Shown piece by piece: positions 13,862 to 25,934 of a stretch of DNA of 64,000 nt. The notes beneath the pieces were generated by a model. That model did not search any database. It was given only the letters and a program-made list of their open reading frames with translations, and was not told the origin of the DNA. The first letter of the stretch is position 1. Every line of letters begins with the position of its first letter. Origin of the DNA: Entomortierella parvispora E1425. Taxonomy: Eukaryota > Fungi > Mortierellomycota. The translations under genes and the position numbers were made by a program. The stretch covers positions 310,001-374,000 of the forward strand of contig BQFW01000008.1 in NCBI GenBank assembly GCA_020891255.1. The letters run 5' to 3'.

Positions 13862-16738
13862 TCATGACCAGTCTCTGTTGGCGGCCTCCATCCTTGAACG
13901 CTTGTGTCTACCAGACCTAGACTCCACCCAGTGCTCATGATTTACTTCATCGTACTGTGGTTCTTCCTCCCCAACGTCAATTCTTTGGTCTTCCACCAGC
14001 TCATACTCCTGTTCTGCCTCAGGGTGGTGAGTATTGTCATAGGCTTGTTGATCGTGGTAGCCATCATAGTTGTCTGGGTATTCGTGGCCATCTTCAGGGC
14101 CATAGGTATACGCTTGAGCAATATCGAGGTCCTCGTGGACCTGTTGGGCTTCTTCTAATTCCCGAATAAGCCGACGTCTCTTCTCGCCAATGTTGGGTGA
14201 CTTGGGCACAGTGAGGGGTCGTGTTGAACGTCGAATATCAATTGGCGAGTAGTGACGAATAGGCCCAGCATGGGTAACCGTGGCCTGGCGACGTTCTCTT
14301 TCTTCTCGTAACTGAAAAAGTATAGAAATAGGCATTAGCATGCTTTGGAGACACCATTGAGCGAGTAAAGAAGGAAAGCAAACACAACAACAATAGATAG
14401 CCCTGAAGACCCACCTCTTGCTCACGCGCCTCCTGTACTCGCATCTCCTGAAGAATGCGATAGTTCCCTTGTCTCTCAGCTTCCAGTGCCTTTCGCTCTT
14501 CAGATCGTTTGTCTGTATGGAGGACCACGTTTTCTGGGCGGGTCAAGGGTCGAGTCGACTTGCTCGGGATAAATAAATCTGGGTATACCGGTACCGGCAA
14601 TGCTTTAAAAGCATGCTCACGGTCAATACGCTTCCACTTGTCTAGCTTACGCCTAAAGCGTTCTTGATGTCGGTCGCCCCTCTTTTCTGTAGCCAGAGTG
14701 AAAGGCTCTGGAACCGTTACAGGAATCGTTCGCAGTTCCTGATGAGATCATGTTAAAAAGGTATTAGCAGCCTTTCTTTTGTTTGGGGACAAATGTCAAT
14801 AATATCGACAAATCAGCATACCTTGCGGACGACCGGTCTGATAGCGACAGGTTCCTGGGAGTTCTCGTAGTGCTGGTGGTGGTGATGACTGTCAGATGAC
14901 GCCTTTTGGTACCCTTCTTTTCCTTGGCTCAATCGTCTGGCAGAGTCAGCAGAAGAAATCAGTCCTCGTACTTCGACTTTGTGCTTTGGTGATACAACCG
15001 TCGATTCCTGGCGATTATACAGTTCTTGACTCTGCCTCTGGTTCAAGTGATTCTGATGCAAGGTTGGGAAGACGGCGGGGCGAAGAGGTGCAGGCCTGCT
15101 TTTAAGAATCACAGGGGACCCTCGGCGTTTAGGTGGAGATGGTTCGAAATCAAACACCTAACGAATCATAGATAAAAGTATAGTCTTAGCACAGCCAGCA
15201 TTTCATACAACGGCTCCGTAGATCCTATACTTGTTTAATTCATGGAGACCTACCGGTTGTCTTGGAACAGAGGTCGCTGGCGCAGAGACTCTCCTGCTTT
15301 TTTTGTGCGATCCGATCACAGAGATAGCTCCATCCAACTTGGCCTCTGTCTCTGGCGAAAAGAACTGCTGTAGATTCGAATATACGCCTCGAAGTTGGTT
15401 CGTCAAATCCGTGGTCGTCTCTGCAACCTCCAGTAAACTGTCCTCGACGTCATCCAAATGGTTATTCCTCACAGGGGTCATCATTGCTGGTGGGGGGTTG
15501 GCATTGACTGCATGAGTTTGTCCAATGGAGAGTCGACTGCTCTGTGATTTGGATAACCGAGGGCTATAATCCGGAGTATGTGAACGATCATCGTAGTAGA
15601 AGGGACTCTCATGAGGTTGATGACGATCCACGAGTGTGCTGTGGTTCGAAGATGAGCCCAACTCAAGCACCTTGTAAGAAACTTCATCGTCTTGGTGATC
15701 ATATCTTTGTCGGCTCTCCTTTTCTTTTGGATAACTGTGGCCCTCGTCCGACTCACTGTAAAGTTCATCCTGCAAAACCTCAGTGGTGTATCTTTCACTT
15801 AATCGTGACTCTTCCTTGTCCTGTTGTTCTAATGCCGTCTGTCGATGATGCTCCTTCTGACGAGCCATTTCAGCTCGTAACCTCTGCTCACTAGAGCGTT
15901 TAGCGAGAGGAGAGTCCGGGAATGGTGAAAAGGAGGACAGGCCCTCAGGATCGTCCTGCGCATGAGCCAATCGGTCCAAGAACGGCCTTCTGGAGGGTGT
16001 TCCTGCCATGGAGCTGCGGGGTGGGGTGCTCAGCAGACGAAGAGATCTGTTCGGCGAGACGTCGTATTCTGTTTCTGTAGTTCTGAGTCGTGGTGCAGGC
16101 TTGGACAGGACGTCAGAGGTGCTCGTGGATCTGCCCTGCAAAGTTCCAGCTGCAGGAGTCGAAGAGCTAGTCGAGCGACCTAACAGCCTATCCAGGCTTT
16201 CAGACATTTGCTTCGCCTGTTTTGCATGGAAAGCGCTGGCAGGCTCAGAGGTTGCAGACTTTGGAGTTGGGGGTAAAGGTTGCTTGAAGAGTGCCGAAAC
16301 GGAGGCTAGGCGTGGTCGATTTGATTTTCCTGGCCTCTGTGGTGATGGTTGAAGTTCCTGGTTCTCTTTTTCAGAAGAGTCCGGCTCCATGTGCTCTCGT
16401 TGCTTTCGAGTTTCGTCGAGCAATTGCTGCCTCCGCAGAAAAGATGTACTAGGGCTAATGCCGGATGCCTGTTCCTGGTTCTCCTTTTCAGAAGAGTCTG
16501 TTTCCTGTAGCTCCCGTTCCTTTTGGGCATCATCAAGCAATTGTTGCCGCCGCTGGAAGGACATGCCAGGGCTAATGCGGGGTGTGGTTGATGCTGGCGA
16601 GTTGGAATTGAAGGGAAAAGATTGGCGCAAGTAGAGTCGTTTGGGGGTGGTCTTTCCCGGCGTTGCAGAACGTGCGCGTCGGCTCTTCCTCAGACTTGGT
16701 GAGATCAGGCCGTGCTCGATGCGTGACGGCGAGTCCAT
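13862..16738 (-). CDS. TPX2: TPX2-like spindle assembly factor (disordered N-half, TPX2 C-terminal repeats)
   Basis: Spliced C-terminal region VTVPEPFTLATEKRG...FKALPVP...LHTDKRSEERKALE...HAGPIRHYSPIDIRRSTRPLTVPKSP follows the motif order of the vertebrate TPX2 C-terminus (EPFxLxTxxR, FKAxP, HKANPIR.Y...PLTVPxSP). Two KEN boxes in the N-half. Confidence 0.75.
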
Positions 16739-18003
16739 GATGATGAGAGGCAGTGAGTGATGAGTGATGTGTGGCGATAGTGAAGGATGGAAGGGCAGGT
16801 CCATGCTCGCATGTGTCTGCCCCACCTTCATTCAACAGGACAAACAAAGTCGCGTTCTTGCAAAATACACCTCGCAGTCACATAATTCTTTTTTTGACGC
16901 GTCTGTCCGTCACTCGTATGTCCCCATCCATGCCCCCCTGGGACGACAAGGCACAGGGGCGAAGGAGCAACCTCATTCCAATGACAGACCGTTTTTTTGT
17001 TTTTGTTTTTTTGGCTCTGTAGCTATTAAAAGGTTCTCCAGGCACGGCTCAACGGATCTCCTGGATGCTGACAATAGCCCTGTCTGCAACATGAGCAACT
17101 TTGACCTTTCCGTTCCTCTCGTCCTCCCTCTCCTCCTCCTCCTCCTCCTCCTCCTCAGCAGCTGCCAGCTGTAAAGACAAGGACATTCTTCAAAAAGTTA
17201 TTATTATTATTTATTTTATTATGGTCGTGGTGGCGCGTGTTCAATTAGGAAATCGCGCTGCGAAAACGGCCGAAAAGGAGGTGTGTGCCCATCTCTTCCC
17301 TTCTTGTTTCTTGAAGACTCCTTTCGTTTCCCCTCTCCCCTTGCGTCGCATGGCTGACTCTCCAGAGCCTGCTTTTTTACCTCTTCTTTTCCTCCTTTTC
17401 TTTTCTCTCCCTTCCTCTCTGTCTCTCCATCTTGCCTTTCTCTCTCTCCATTTGAACCCTCAAGATCATCTCATACTGGACGATTTCTCCTCTTTTTATT
17501 TCCTGTCTGCCCTCGTAAAAAGGCCTCGCAGGCGTTTTTCATAACTGCCGACAGGCCCACAGTCAGGATACCTTGCTTTACTTCTCTCCTCCTTTCTCTC
17601 TCTCTCTCTCTCTCTTTTTTTTCTGTCATTCTTTCTCTCGTCTCTCTCAGAGTTTCCTCTCTGTCTCTCTCTGTCTCTCAAAAAAAAGGGAAAACTCGGC
17701 TCTCCGTTTGCGAGTTCTCTTCTTGCTGCTCTTTCTTTGGTCCTCTCCTTCCATTTCCTTCCTTCTTTCCCTCGCTTCCTGTCCTTTTGTTTCTCCTTTT
17801 GAACCTGTATACCTTTTGATCACTGCAAGAGCGCCCATTGCTCAATCACCAACGACAACCTTATGGTCATAACGGTAATCCTTCAAACGACAACAAAGAA
17901 AAACCTTGACCCCGATCGCCGCGATCACGATCATCCAAATCACATAATCTTTTTTGTGGGCTTTTTCATCTCCTAAAACAAAAAAAAAAACAAAAAAAAC
18001 ACC

Positions 18004-21000
18004 ATGGGTGCTACCGTTTCACGCGAACACGCCCGACTACCCTTTGCTTATACCCATGCCCGCAAGGAAGACCACTCTTGCAATGCCTCATCGCCTTCAA
18101 TGTTTTCGACTCGTCAACGGATCGCCAGTCGGCTGCTTCTCCTCAAGAGCCCAGACACCACCACCTCTATCACACCGGTGTCGTTCCACCGCTTCCAACA
18201 ACAACATCCATTGCAGACCCAACAACTCGGTCAAGGAGTAGGCGGTGGTCCAAGCGATGATCTACTGTTGAATGGTCAGGGTGTAGACCCAACTCAAATG
18301 ACATTGCTCCAAGGGTCCCACATGACGGGGAGTGAAGAAGATGACGAGGACACGGAAATCGTCTCGTTAAGCTCCATTTTGATCCAAGGACCCGAATTCG
18401 AGCTAAAGTGGCATGCGGTTGGACAAGACCAGGACTTTTTAGATAGTCTTATGAATGGCATCAGTGGCGACACCCCTTCTCCTCTTCCGCCTTCTTCTTC
18501 TCCCGCAGCAGCCACGACAACGACCATAACTGCCGATGCAAACAACGGACAGACGACCATGACGATCCTCAGCGCGGTGTCAGCCACCAGCCTCCTTCAG
18601 GACACGGATTCAGGCCATCACGAGGAGACGTGTTTCCTACACTCAGGTACCTCCACCTTGGACTTGGCCCAGAATTTGCCGAACCGTCGGACCTCCCTGT
18701 CAGGAACGGGGACAAGCGCATCCGATACGGGATTAAAAGGGGAAGAGCATGTCCACAGCCACAGCCCTTCATCAGCAGCAGCAGCAGCGGCAGGAGCTTC
18801 CCAATCTGTAACTGCAGCACCCTCCTCTGATTCTGAAACGACCCATCCTCAGCACCCCCCATCCCTGGCCTGTGCGTGCTCGCCCACTATAGCTCAAGTG
18901 GGCTCTCCCTCTGCATCATTCAGTGCATCTGCAGGAGGTTCGACAACGTCAATTACGAGTGCACTGACAAATCTCCTCGGCACGAGGAGAGGTTCCATGT
19001 TGAGCACGGCCACGACCGCTGTCTCCACTGCCTCGGGGTCGACCACCACCTTACCTGTAACAACATCATTAACTCCTTTATCACCCGGGGGTCAACCTCA
19101 TCACCCTCATTATCAACCACAAAATCGTCTTTACCCTCACGGAGCTCCTGCAGAGACCGACACCGATATTATTCACGGGGAACTGATTCATCTTGACAGT
19201 GACAAAGAGAGCGAGCGAGGCAACCGTGAAGATCAGAGCGACGAATCTGAATCCGAAGACGATGATTGCGACGAGGACTACTATGACCTAGACGAGGAAG
19301 AGAGGACGAGGAAGATGGACAATCGCAAAATGGACCTCATTGCAGCGTTAGGGATAGCAGACCAGCCAGACGAGTTTGAACCGGAGCCTTTCAACTTTTT
19401 CAAAGGAGAGCCCATCTTTCATCAGCAGCCTGACCGGTTCATGAATCATCCAGCGGCCACTCGGAGGTACACCACAGACGGAGTGAATTCAGGTCGAGGA
19501 GGGTTTAGAGTACCATGGGGGAATCAGGACGACTATCATACGGCAGTTCTTTTGCCCGAGGATTTCTTTGAAGGGGGACTTCAATCCTCCATAGAGGAAG
19601 ATGATGATCTCGAAGGAATGGAAGAGCAGTCGGATGTGGAAGGAGCTGGCAATTCAAGATCAACAGGAGAAGGAGAAGCGGTGAGAATGGACACCTTCTC
19701 GCGCGATTTAAACCAGGATCCACTCGAATCAAAAGGTCGCTTTCATCGAAAGCGGTTGCTAAAAGGCAAGCGTGCAGCAGGTCTGGGACACGCGTTTAGT
19801 CAGTCTACTGGCGCGTTAGGAAACTCATCCAGCCCATGGCGATCCCACGGTCCATTGTCCTTTGGAGATGAAGATGTAGCTCATTTGAGTCCGATCCCAT
19901 TCTCCGACCTGCCCAGTCTGACCAACATTGGACTCTGCACCAGCGAGATCGTGAAGCTTTCCTCCAACATCCGACTTTTGTCTTCGGCCACAAGCATCCA
20001 GCTGTAAGCAATATTTCAGTTTTTTTTTCCTTTTATTTTTTTTTGGATGTCTCGTATGGCTGATACTCATCCTGTCCACATATCCTCATAATCGACCCTA
20101 GTTGCTGTAATGACCTGAGCAGTATTCCTGTCGAGATTGGTCACCTCCGTAACCTGACCCTATTGGATCTCTCCAAGAACACGCTGACCAGTTTACCAAA
20201 CTCGATCCGTTATCTGACTCGACTTGTCGACCTAAAGCTATCCTTCAACTTTTTGACAGCCCTCCCCTCCACGATTGGTGAGCTCACCAAACTCACCTCC
20301 TTGCATTTGGACAATAACCGCCTTGAAAAAATTCCTCGCGAAATCGGCCGTATCAAGGGACTCGCCCATCTTGACCTCGATGACAACCCATTGACCGTCC
20401 TACCCGCCGAAATCGGTCAACTCCAATTTCTGCGTCGGCTCAAACTAGACCGTTGTCCCCTCGTCGAGTCCTTTGTCCATTACCCTCTGCATTCTCCACC
20501 AACGCTGTTGGAATTGGCGGCAAGGGTCGTGGTCCGCCATCGGATGCCCACTCCTCCTTTGTTGCCCACCCATCTCAAGACCTACTTGCGAGGGGCCAAC
20601 AAATGTAGTTTCTGTGAAGGACCTTATTTCGAGTCGTTTGTGAAGCGTGGAAAGATGATTGACAAGAACGATACCCTGGTACCCTTGGAATACTTGCTCT
20701 GTATACCCCATTGGAACACAGAGTCAGAGCGCGTCCGTCAGTTATTTTGTCCGCGGCCTCCGACTGCACCCCCATTGCCATTGCTAAACAGCCGCCTGCA
20801 GCCTTCACGACCGGCCTCTTGTGCGGGCTCAAGAAGGGCTTCGAAATCAGAGAGTCCCCTGAACCCACCTTTGCCCACAGTCTCGTCTACTGGATACTCT
20901 AGCACGACCGATTTGTTGGCAGCTTCGTCCGCCATGGCCCTAGCATCAATAGTGGGGTCAGATTCATCTAGGGGAGAAAGTGAGAGGATGGGACGAAGGT

Positions 21001-21263
21001 CGTCTGAGGGACCCAAGACGCTGTCAACGAAAACAAGAAGATTCGGCTCAAGGCTAGGATCCTCTGGGGCATCAACATATAGTCTAGATGCTCTGCCGAT
21101 GACCTCTAGCACTAGCATGACCACCCTCCCACTCTCCCCACCTGTTCCTCCAATTATTTCCCTCCCTCCGTTCTCTGAGCCCACGACCTCTCCTCCAACT
21201 TCCCGGTCGAGCAATGGTCGCTTCTCGATACGACTACGATCGCGCGGACCAAAAAGTGGATAA
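18004..21263 (+). CDS. Leucine-rich repeat protein with LRRC58-like C-terminal BC-box/Cys-rich module
   Basis: Exon 1 18004-20005, intron 20006-20101, exon 2 to 21263. About six LRRs (LDLSKNTLTSLP, LKLSFNFLTALP, LHLDNNRLEKIP, LDLDDNPLTVLP), then PPTLLELAARVV, CSFCEGPYF and VPLEYLLC. N-terminus MGATVS fits the myristoylation consensus. Confidence 0.75.
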
Positions 21264-21365
21264 AACTCAAAAGCACCTTTACATAAACTCTAGACATCTC
21301 CTCAGTCAACTGCAATCCTCTTGGAATGTTCATCTTCACCAAAGATTTTTTTTTGTTCAAAAAGT

Positions 21366-23320
21366 CTAAAATTTGCAATGGTTGTTATATCTGGGGAAGG
21401 GGATCACGTCTCGGACGTTCTCCATGCCTGTGACCATCAGCAGGTATCTCTCAAAGCCAATACCCCATCCGCCATGGGGCACGGTGCCAAACTTTCTCAG
21501 GTCCATATACCATTGGTATTCTTCCTGATCCAGTCCAAATGCCAATAGCTGCTCTTTCAAAATCTCGGGTCTCTCCTCCCTCATCGACCCACCCATCAAT
21601 TCTCCGATTCCAGGAACCAACAGATCAACACATCCGACCGTCGTCCTGTCTTGCTTGTCTGCCGATAAGGCAGTTGTGATTGAGGGGTCGTTCTTGCGCA
21701 TGTAAAAAGGCTTGAGCGAGGCTGGGTAATCTGTTACAAACACTGGTCCTTTGCAATATGTTCCCGCAAGCCATTTCTCATGCTCGCTCTGCAATCCCTG
21801 GCCCCACTCTGGCTTGAACTCAAACTTCTCGCCAGACTTTTGCAAGATCTCAATGGCCTCTGTGTAAGTCAATCTCTTGAAGGGTTCATCCACGAGCTGA
21901 GTCAATCTTGCTTTCAAAGACTTGTCGATCCAGGTGTTCAAAAAGTCAATATCCTCCCCACAGTTCTCCAGAAGGTAACGGGTCGTCTCCTTCAAGCAAG
22001 CCTCTGAGAAATCCAGCAAATGATCCAACTTGTCCAAAAACGCAATCTCGGCCTCCAGCATCCAGAATTCGGACAAGTGACGTGTCGTCATAGAGGGCTC
22101 TGCGCGGAAAACAGGGCCCATGGTGAAGACGCGTGAAAGTGCACTGGCCACAATCTCGAGATGGAGCTGACCAGAGACAGTCAAATAAACGGGTGATCCG
22201 AAAAACTCGGATGGCGCGGGTGCTGCTTTGGTGAGGGCTGATTGTTGTTGTTGCTGCTGAGCTCTTGCAGATATCCGAGGTGCAATCTTGAAGACCTCTC
22301 CACCACCCTCACAATCGTGTGTCGTCAACAAAGGTGTATGAACCTGCACAAACTCCTGGGACTGAAAGGCAAACGAGGACGAAGATCGACCAATTAGTGC
22401 CATATTTAAGCATTCCGTTTCAATTATCCATATCCGATTGTGGAGTCGCTAGGGTTACCTCGAAAAACTTTTGGAATCCCCAAGCAGAAGCGCTTCTGAG
22501 TCTCAACACAGCACTAGCCGTCTTGGCGCGCGACCTCAAATGAGAAATATCTCTCAAGAACTCGAATGAGTGGCGCTTCTTTTGAAGAGGGTATGTCTAT
22601 TGGAAGGCAGCACAACATTAGCAAAAAGAACCGGATCACCTTCGGCACAATTTGATTCTGTTCAACGTTCAATTTACCTCGCCATCACAGGATCCGATCA
22701 CCTTCATGTTGGTAACCTGGAGTTCCAAAGCCTGCTCCCTTCCGGGACTCTTGACCAGCATTCCTTCCAGCTCTACACTCGTTCCTGCCACCAATCTACA
22801 AAAACAAAAGCAGAAATTAATAAAAACGATAATCAGCAGAAATGGCGGAACAAAAACATTTCCTGACTTACCCCTTTCCTTGACCTCCACCGAGAATAGC
22901 CTGAACACCTTTGAGACTTGATCCATCATTGACTTCCATGAACGTTACATTCTTTTGCTGGCGGGTTGATCGGATCCATCCCTGAACCTTGACCATCGTG
23001 TCTGGCTCTGTGGAACTCAAAAGCGTCTTGATAGTCTTGTTTGGCAAAGCGGGGGGGATCACTCTGTCAACGTTGTGGGTTTTGTCGGTAACAGTACCAA
23101 TGTATCGGCGACTGTTCAGAGAGACTCTGTCTGATCTAGCAAACGATCCCGAGGTCACTGTAGCCCTAACACTATAGATGCTTCTGGTCGAGGTTGTCAG
23201 GGACGGCATGTTTCGGAGGCTTTGCCCGGGTCTGGATCCAGAATGGGCTTTGCATTGTTGCAACAGAGGGAGCGCTTTTACGCCACTCCGGCTAATGGGC
23301 TGTCGCACAGTCGAGAGCAT
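21366..23320 (-). CDS. SLM5: Asparaginyl-tRNA synthetase, mitochondrial type
   Basis: Arg/Ser-rich presequence; OB-fold [26 protein letters not shown]; [18 protein letters not shown]...[47 protein letters not shown]; four exons. Confidence 0.95.
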
Positions 23321-23597
23321 TGCATCCACAGTCGGTCGAGTGTTGGTAGATTCAATGAGAAAAGGAGAAGGCGCGATTGATCTCCAGGGATTCGGGTCAA
23401 AACCTTTGCGGTTGTATGAGTCACGTGGAAAATTGGTGGCGTACGAAGGATGGAGACTATAGGCGCAGCGACCATGATGACCATAAGAAATTCCGAAAAT
23501 TAAGAATGTTGGATTTATGTACTATTGCTACGTGAGTAGGTGGTCATATAGACGAGGAAAAGTTGAGTGGGTAATATGGACAATGGCTGTGAATGGT

Positions 23598-25934
23598 TTA
23601 GTTGAGCTTGATCTGAGAGGTCTCCTCAGCGAGAAGCTCCGAGGAAGCAGTCTCCTTGGGCTGAGCGGTCCACTTCTGGATCCAGGAGATGACCTCCGAG
23701 TGCCAGCGCAAAGAGTTGGCGGCCTTGAGAACCCTATAATGCCAAAAATTGAAAAAGTAATGCATACTGTTAATAACAACGAATTTCAGAGATTTTTTTT
23801 TCCCACCGAACCGTTGACAAGGCTCGAGAATCATTTGTCAATTAATAACGTACCAGTGGTTCTCATCTGGGAAGTAGACGAAGCGGGAAGGAATGCCCTT
23901 GCGCTGGAGAACAGTGAAGGTGGCAAGACCCTCGGTGACGGGGAGGCGGTAATCCTTGTCGCTGTGGATGACCAAAGTGGGGGTCTTCCAGTTCTGGACA
24001 TGGTTAGCAGGGTTCCAGCGCTCATAGTTCTCACGAGCCTTGGGGTCCCATGGGACACCGTTGTACTAAAAGGGATCAAAAATGATGTTTAGAAAATGAT
24101 TTCCGAATGAAAAATAAAAAATACCGAAAGAATGGCAATGGCAGTAAAATCTAACCTCGTGCTCGGGGAAGTAGAGCTCCTCAGTGGCATAGTAGCCGTT
24201 CTTGGTGTCAAAGATACCATCATGGTTGACCAAGCAGTTGAAACGATCGGTGTGTCCGTTGATCCAGTTCATCATGTAACCACCATAGGAGGCACCAAGG
24301 GCAGCGACGCGCTTGTTATCAATGTAGGTGTACTTCTCCAAGACGTGGTCCAAGCCCTTCATCAAATCAATATAAGGCGAGCCTCCCCAGTTGTTGTTGA
24401 TGGCATCGGTCAATCCCTGGCCGTAACCGGTAGATCCAGTAGGGTTCAAGAAAACGACAACGAATCCAGCGCTGGCAAAGACGTTGGGGTTCCAGCGTGT
24501 GCTCCAGTTATCATTGAAGGCGCTCTGGGGACCACCGTGGACGATGAAAGCAAGGGGGTACTTCTTGCCCTCCTTGAAACCAATAGGCTTGAGCAAGAAA
24601 CCGTGAATGTCCTTGTCGTGATCACCCTTGAACCAAACATCCTCAGGGGCAGAACGGTGAACATCAGCAAGGTCCTGGGCGTGGATGGAGGTCAAGCGCT
24701 CAATGGCCTTGGACTGGACATTGACCTTGTACAAATCAGCGGGGGCAGTGAGAGAGGCGGTCGAGAAAACAATGTTGCTGTCATCGATCAAGTTGATTCC
24801 GCTGGAGGCGTGCTCGCTGACAATGGGGGTAATGACCTCAGACTGAACATTGATGTGGAAGATCTTGACGTGACCCTGGTCCTCGGCAGTAACAAAGATG
24901 TTCTCATCCTTGCTGTCAAAGGTCACACTGCTGGGGCTGCGGTCCCAGTTTTCAACAAGGAAGCGAGACTCGCCGTTGGAGTGGAGAACAATGCGGTTGC
25001 GATCAGCCTCGTACTGGGGCTTGAGCATCTGGAGGTAAGCAATCGTCTTTCCGGTGGAGGAGTAGACGGGGTGGCTGGCAGCACCGACAGACTCGGCATT
25101 GATGTTCTTGGGGGCAACACCACCGGTGGTAGGGACCGTGTAGATGTGGGTAGTTGTCTGCCAAGCGTTGTCAGGGGTGGTGATCTTGGAGACAAAGACG
25201 AGCTCCTTACCGTCGGGGGAGATGTCAAAGTCGCCAGAATCGCCAAAGGGAATCACGGGGCACTCAAGGCCAGTGTTTTGGAGCAAGTTGATGGCCTCGC
25301 CATCCAACACAAACTTGTCGCCATCCTTCTTGATCTTGGCCACGAAGACGTTGTTCTTCTTCTCCTGGACAAACTCATCCCAGTGGCGGACCATGAGCTG
25401 ATCAAAGGCCAAAGCGGTGTCCTTCTTGTTGACCTTGAGATCCTCATCCTTATCCTTGGCGCCGGCCAAGGTGCCATCGGCATAAACGGCAGCAGAGAAA
25501 GCGATCAAACCGGCGGCCTCGTTGAACTTGACGTTGGAAATACCGGTGGGGTAGGAAGTCAGGGCATAGGGCTTTTCGTCTGAACCGACCTTCTTGACAT
25601 AGACCTGCTCCTTGGAGACAAAGGCAACGTGCTCATCATCAAGGAAGAAGGCGTTGTCGTGGCTGGTCTCAGGCTCCTGAGGGGTCAAGTCAGAAAGGGT
25701 GTTGTTGTCGGCCAAGTTGACAAGGTGCAAGTTGCGGATCGACTTGTTGTTCTCGATGGAGTAGCGCGAGGCAGAGAAGACGGCGAGATGCTTGTTGGGG
25801 GAGAGGGCTGCGCCGGAGGGGCGAGCAAGGGTGAGCATGACCTCGGGGGTCAGAGGCTTGGCAGCGGCAGCGGAGGAGACCATGGCGATGAGGATGGCGG
25901 TAGAGGAGCGGATGAGAGAAGAATCGAATCTCAT
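23598..25934 (-). CDS. DPP5: Dipeptidyl-peptidase V (S9 family serine peptidase)
   Basis: Signal-peptide-like N-terminus, beta-propeller, catalytic Ser in GASYGG, Asp in DKDYRLP and His in DENHW (the last two in exon ~24070-23850); final exon VLKAANSLRWHSEVISWI to stop 23598. Confidence 0.95.

Noticed and set aside
16850-18000. Several 60-150-aa ORFs in the CT-rich TPX2/LRR intergenic region
   Set aside because: Low-complexity translations of CT/GA tracts, typical of promoter and 5'UTR DNA.
24132-25583. 483-aa + strand ORF antisense to DPP5
   Set aside because: Exact codon-register shadow of a strongly C/G-ending-biased gene; the translation is V/G/D/L-rich with no recognisable motifs.
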